Shown here in pieces: positions 62,681 through 64,000 of a stretch of DNA of 64,000 bases; position 1 is the stretch's first letter, and each line of letters opens with the position of its first letter. The notes beneath the pieces are model-generated. The model had not been told where the DNA came from, did not search any database, and saw only the letters and a list, made by a program, of their open reading frames with translations. Origin of the DNA: Lytechinus pictus (lineage: Eukaryota); the NCBI RefSeq assembly GCF_037042905.1, contig NC_087250.1:8186001-8250000 (forward strand), written 5' to 3'. A program made the translations under genes and the position numbers.

Positions 62681-64000
62681 GGCTTCTCACCTGTATGGAT
62701 TCGTTTATGTGCTTTGAGACTAGATTCATGTCGAAATGCCTTACCACACTGATCACAAACATAGGGCTTCTCACCTGTATGGATCTGTTTGTGTCTTCTC
62801 AACGCACTTCTATCACTTAATGCCTTACCACACAGATCACACACAAAGGGCTTCTCACCTGTATGAGTTCGTTGATGGCTTTTGAGGCCGTTTTCTTGCC
62901 TAAATGCCTTACCACATAGATCACATACATAAGGTTTCTCACCTGTATGAATTCGTTTATGAATTCTGAGATGAATTCCTTGGCTAAATGCCTTACCACA
63001 TTGATCACATACATAGGGCTTTTCACCTGTATGGACTTGTTGATGTGTTATGAGAGTAGATACACGACTAAATGTCTTGCCACATTGATCACACACATAG
63101 GGCTTCTCACCTGTATGGGTTCGTATATGGCTTGTGAGACGAGTTTTACTGATAAATGCCTTTCCACATTGATCACATACATAGGGCTTCTCACCTGTAT
63201 GGATTTCTTTATGTGCTTTGAGACTAGATTCATGTCGAAATGCCTTACCACACTGATCACAAACATAGGGCTTCTCACCTGTATGGATCTGTTTGTGTCT
63301 TCTCAACGCACTTCTATCACTTAATGCCTTACCACATAGATCACACACAAAGGGCTTCTCACCTGTATGAGTTCGTTGATGGCTTTTGAGGCCGTTTTCT
63401 TGCCTAAATGCCTTACCACATTGATCACATACATAGGGTTTCTCACCTGTGTGAATTCGTTTATGGATCCTGAGATTGGATTTTTCAAAAAACGCCTTAC
63501 CACATTGATCACATACATAGGGCTTTTCACCTGTATGGATTTGTTTATGTGTTTTGAGAGTAGATACACGACTAAATGTCTTGCCACATTGATCACAAAC
63601 ACAGGGTTTCTCACCTGTATGGATATTTTTGTGTCTTCTCAATGCATTTCTATCTCTTAAGACTTTACCACACAGATTACACACAAAGCCTGTATGGAAT
63701 TGTTTATGTGTTTCAAGATTAGATTCATGTTTAAATCGCTTACCACATTGATCACAAACATAGGGCTTTTCACCTGTATGGATCTGTTTGTGTCTTCTCA
63801 ACGCACTTCTATCGCTTAATGCCTTACCACACTGATCACACACAAAGGGCTTCTCACCTGTGTGAGTTCGATTATGGCTTTTGAGGCCATTTCTTTGCCT
63901 AAATGCCTTACCACATAAATTACATACATAGGGCTTCTCACCTGTATGGATTCGTTTATGTTCTGTGACATGGGATTTTACATTAAATGCCTTACCACAT
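62671..64000 (-). CDS. Tandem C2H2 zinc-finger array (3' end of a gene starting beyond the window); 16 fingers in frame
   Basis: Open frame from 64000 with repeated CDQCGKAF....[10 protein letters not shown] 28-aa units; ends at TGA created by a 2-nt deletion. Confidence 0.92.
   Translation of the reverse strand, partial: CGKAFNVKSHVTEHKRIHTGEKPYVCNLCGKAFRQRNGLKSHNRTHTGEKPFVCDQCGKALSDRSALRRHKQIHTGEKPYVCDQCGKRFKHESNLETHKQFHTGFVCNLCGKVLRDRNALRRHKNIHTGEKPCVCDQCGKTFSRVSTLKTHKQIHTGEKPYVCDQCGKAFFEKSNLRIHKRIHTGEKPYVCDQCGKAFRQENGLKSHQRTHTGEKPFVCDLCGKALSDRSALRRHKQIHTGEKPYVCDQCGKAFRHESSLKAHKEIHTGEKPYVCDQCGKAFISKTRLTSHIRTHTGEKPYVCDQCGKTFSRVSTLITHQQVHTGEKPYVCDQCGKAFSQGIHLRIHKRIHTGEKPYVCDLCGKAFRQENGLKSHQRTHTGEKPFVCDLCGKALSDRSALRRHKQIHTGEKPYVCDQCGKAFRHESSLKAHKRIHTGEKPCV

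Noticed and set aside
62424..64000. ZF array as the last exon of the PRDM9 gene at 1-7558
   Set aside because: It lies upstream of that gene on the minus strand; that gene's own array must be left of position 1.

Overview
AT-rich, intron-containing, repeat-dense animal genomic DNA; probably an invertebrate deuterostome such as a sea urchin, inferred from gene structure and repeat types. Left end: the 5' part of a PRDM9 ortholog on the minus strand. I reconstructed six coding exons plus a 5'UTR exon with phase-compatible GT-AG junctions, encoding ancestral KRAB, SSXRD, zinc knuckle and the start of PR/SET. It lies head-to-head with an isolated RecQ-like helicase first exon. Right end: the 3' end of a tandem C2H2 zinc-finger array (minus strand) with a 6-finger higher-order repeat, a frameshift and a transposon insertion. 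Between them is a ~50-kb nest of transposons: an 8.2-kb Academ (AcademX-type, DDE+XPG/PIN+Cys-rich) element, three non-autonomous Academ-type elements, a near-intact Gypsy/Mag LTR element with identical LTRs, L2/CR1/Ingi-like LINE fragments, tRNA-derived SINEs, Helentron-like, Kolobok-like, hAT-like and Harbinger-like elements, and a disrupted Myb/SANT gene. The most striking observation is that all four Academ-type elements have bipartite TIRs whose left and right spacers differ by 9-11 bp (about one helical turn), reminiscent of the 12/23 rule. All calls come from reading the sequence; no database searches were run.
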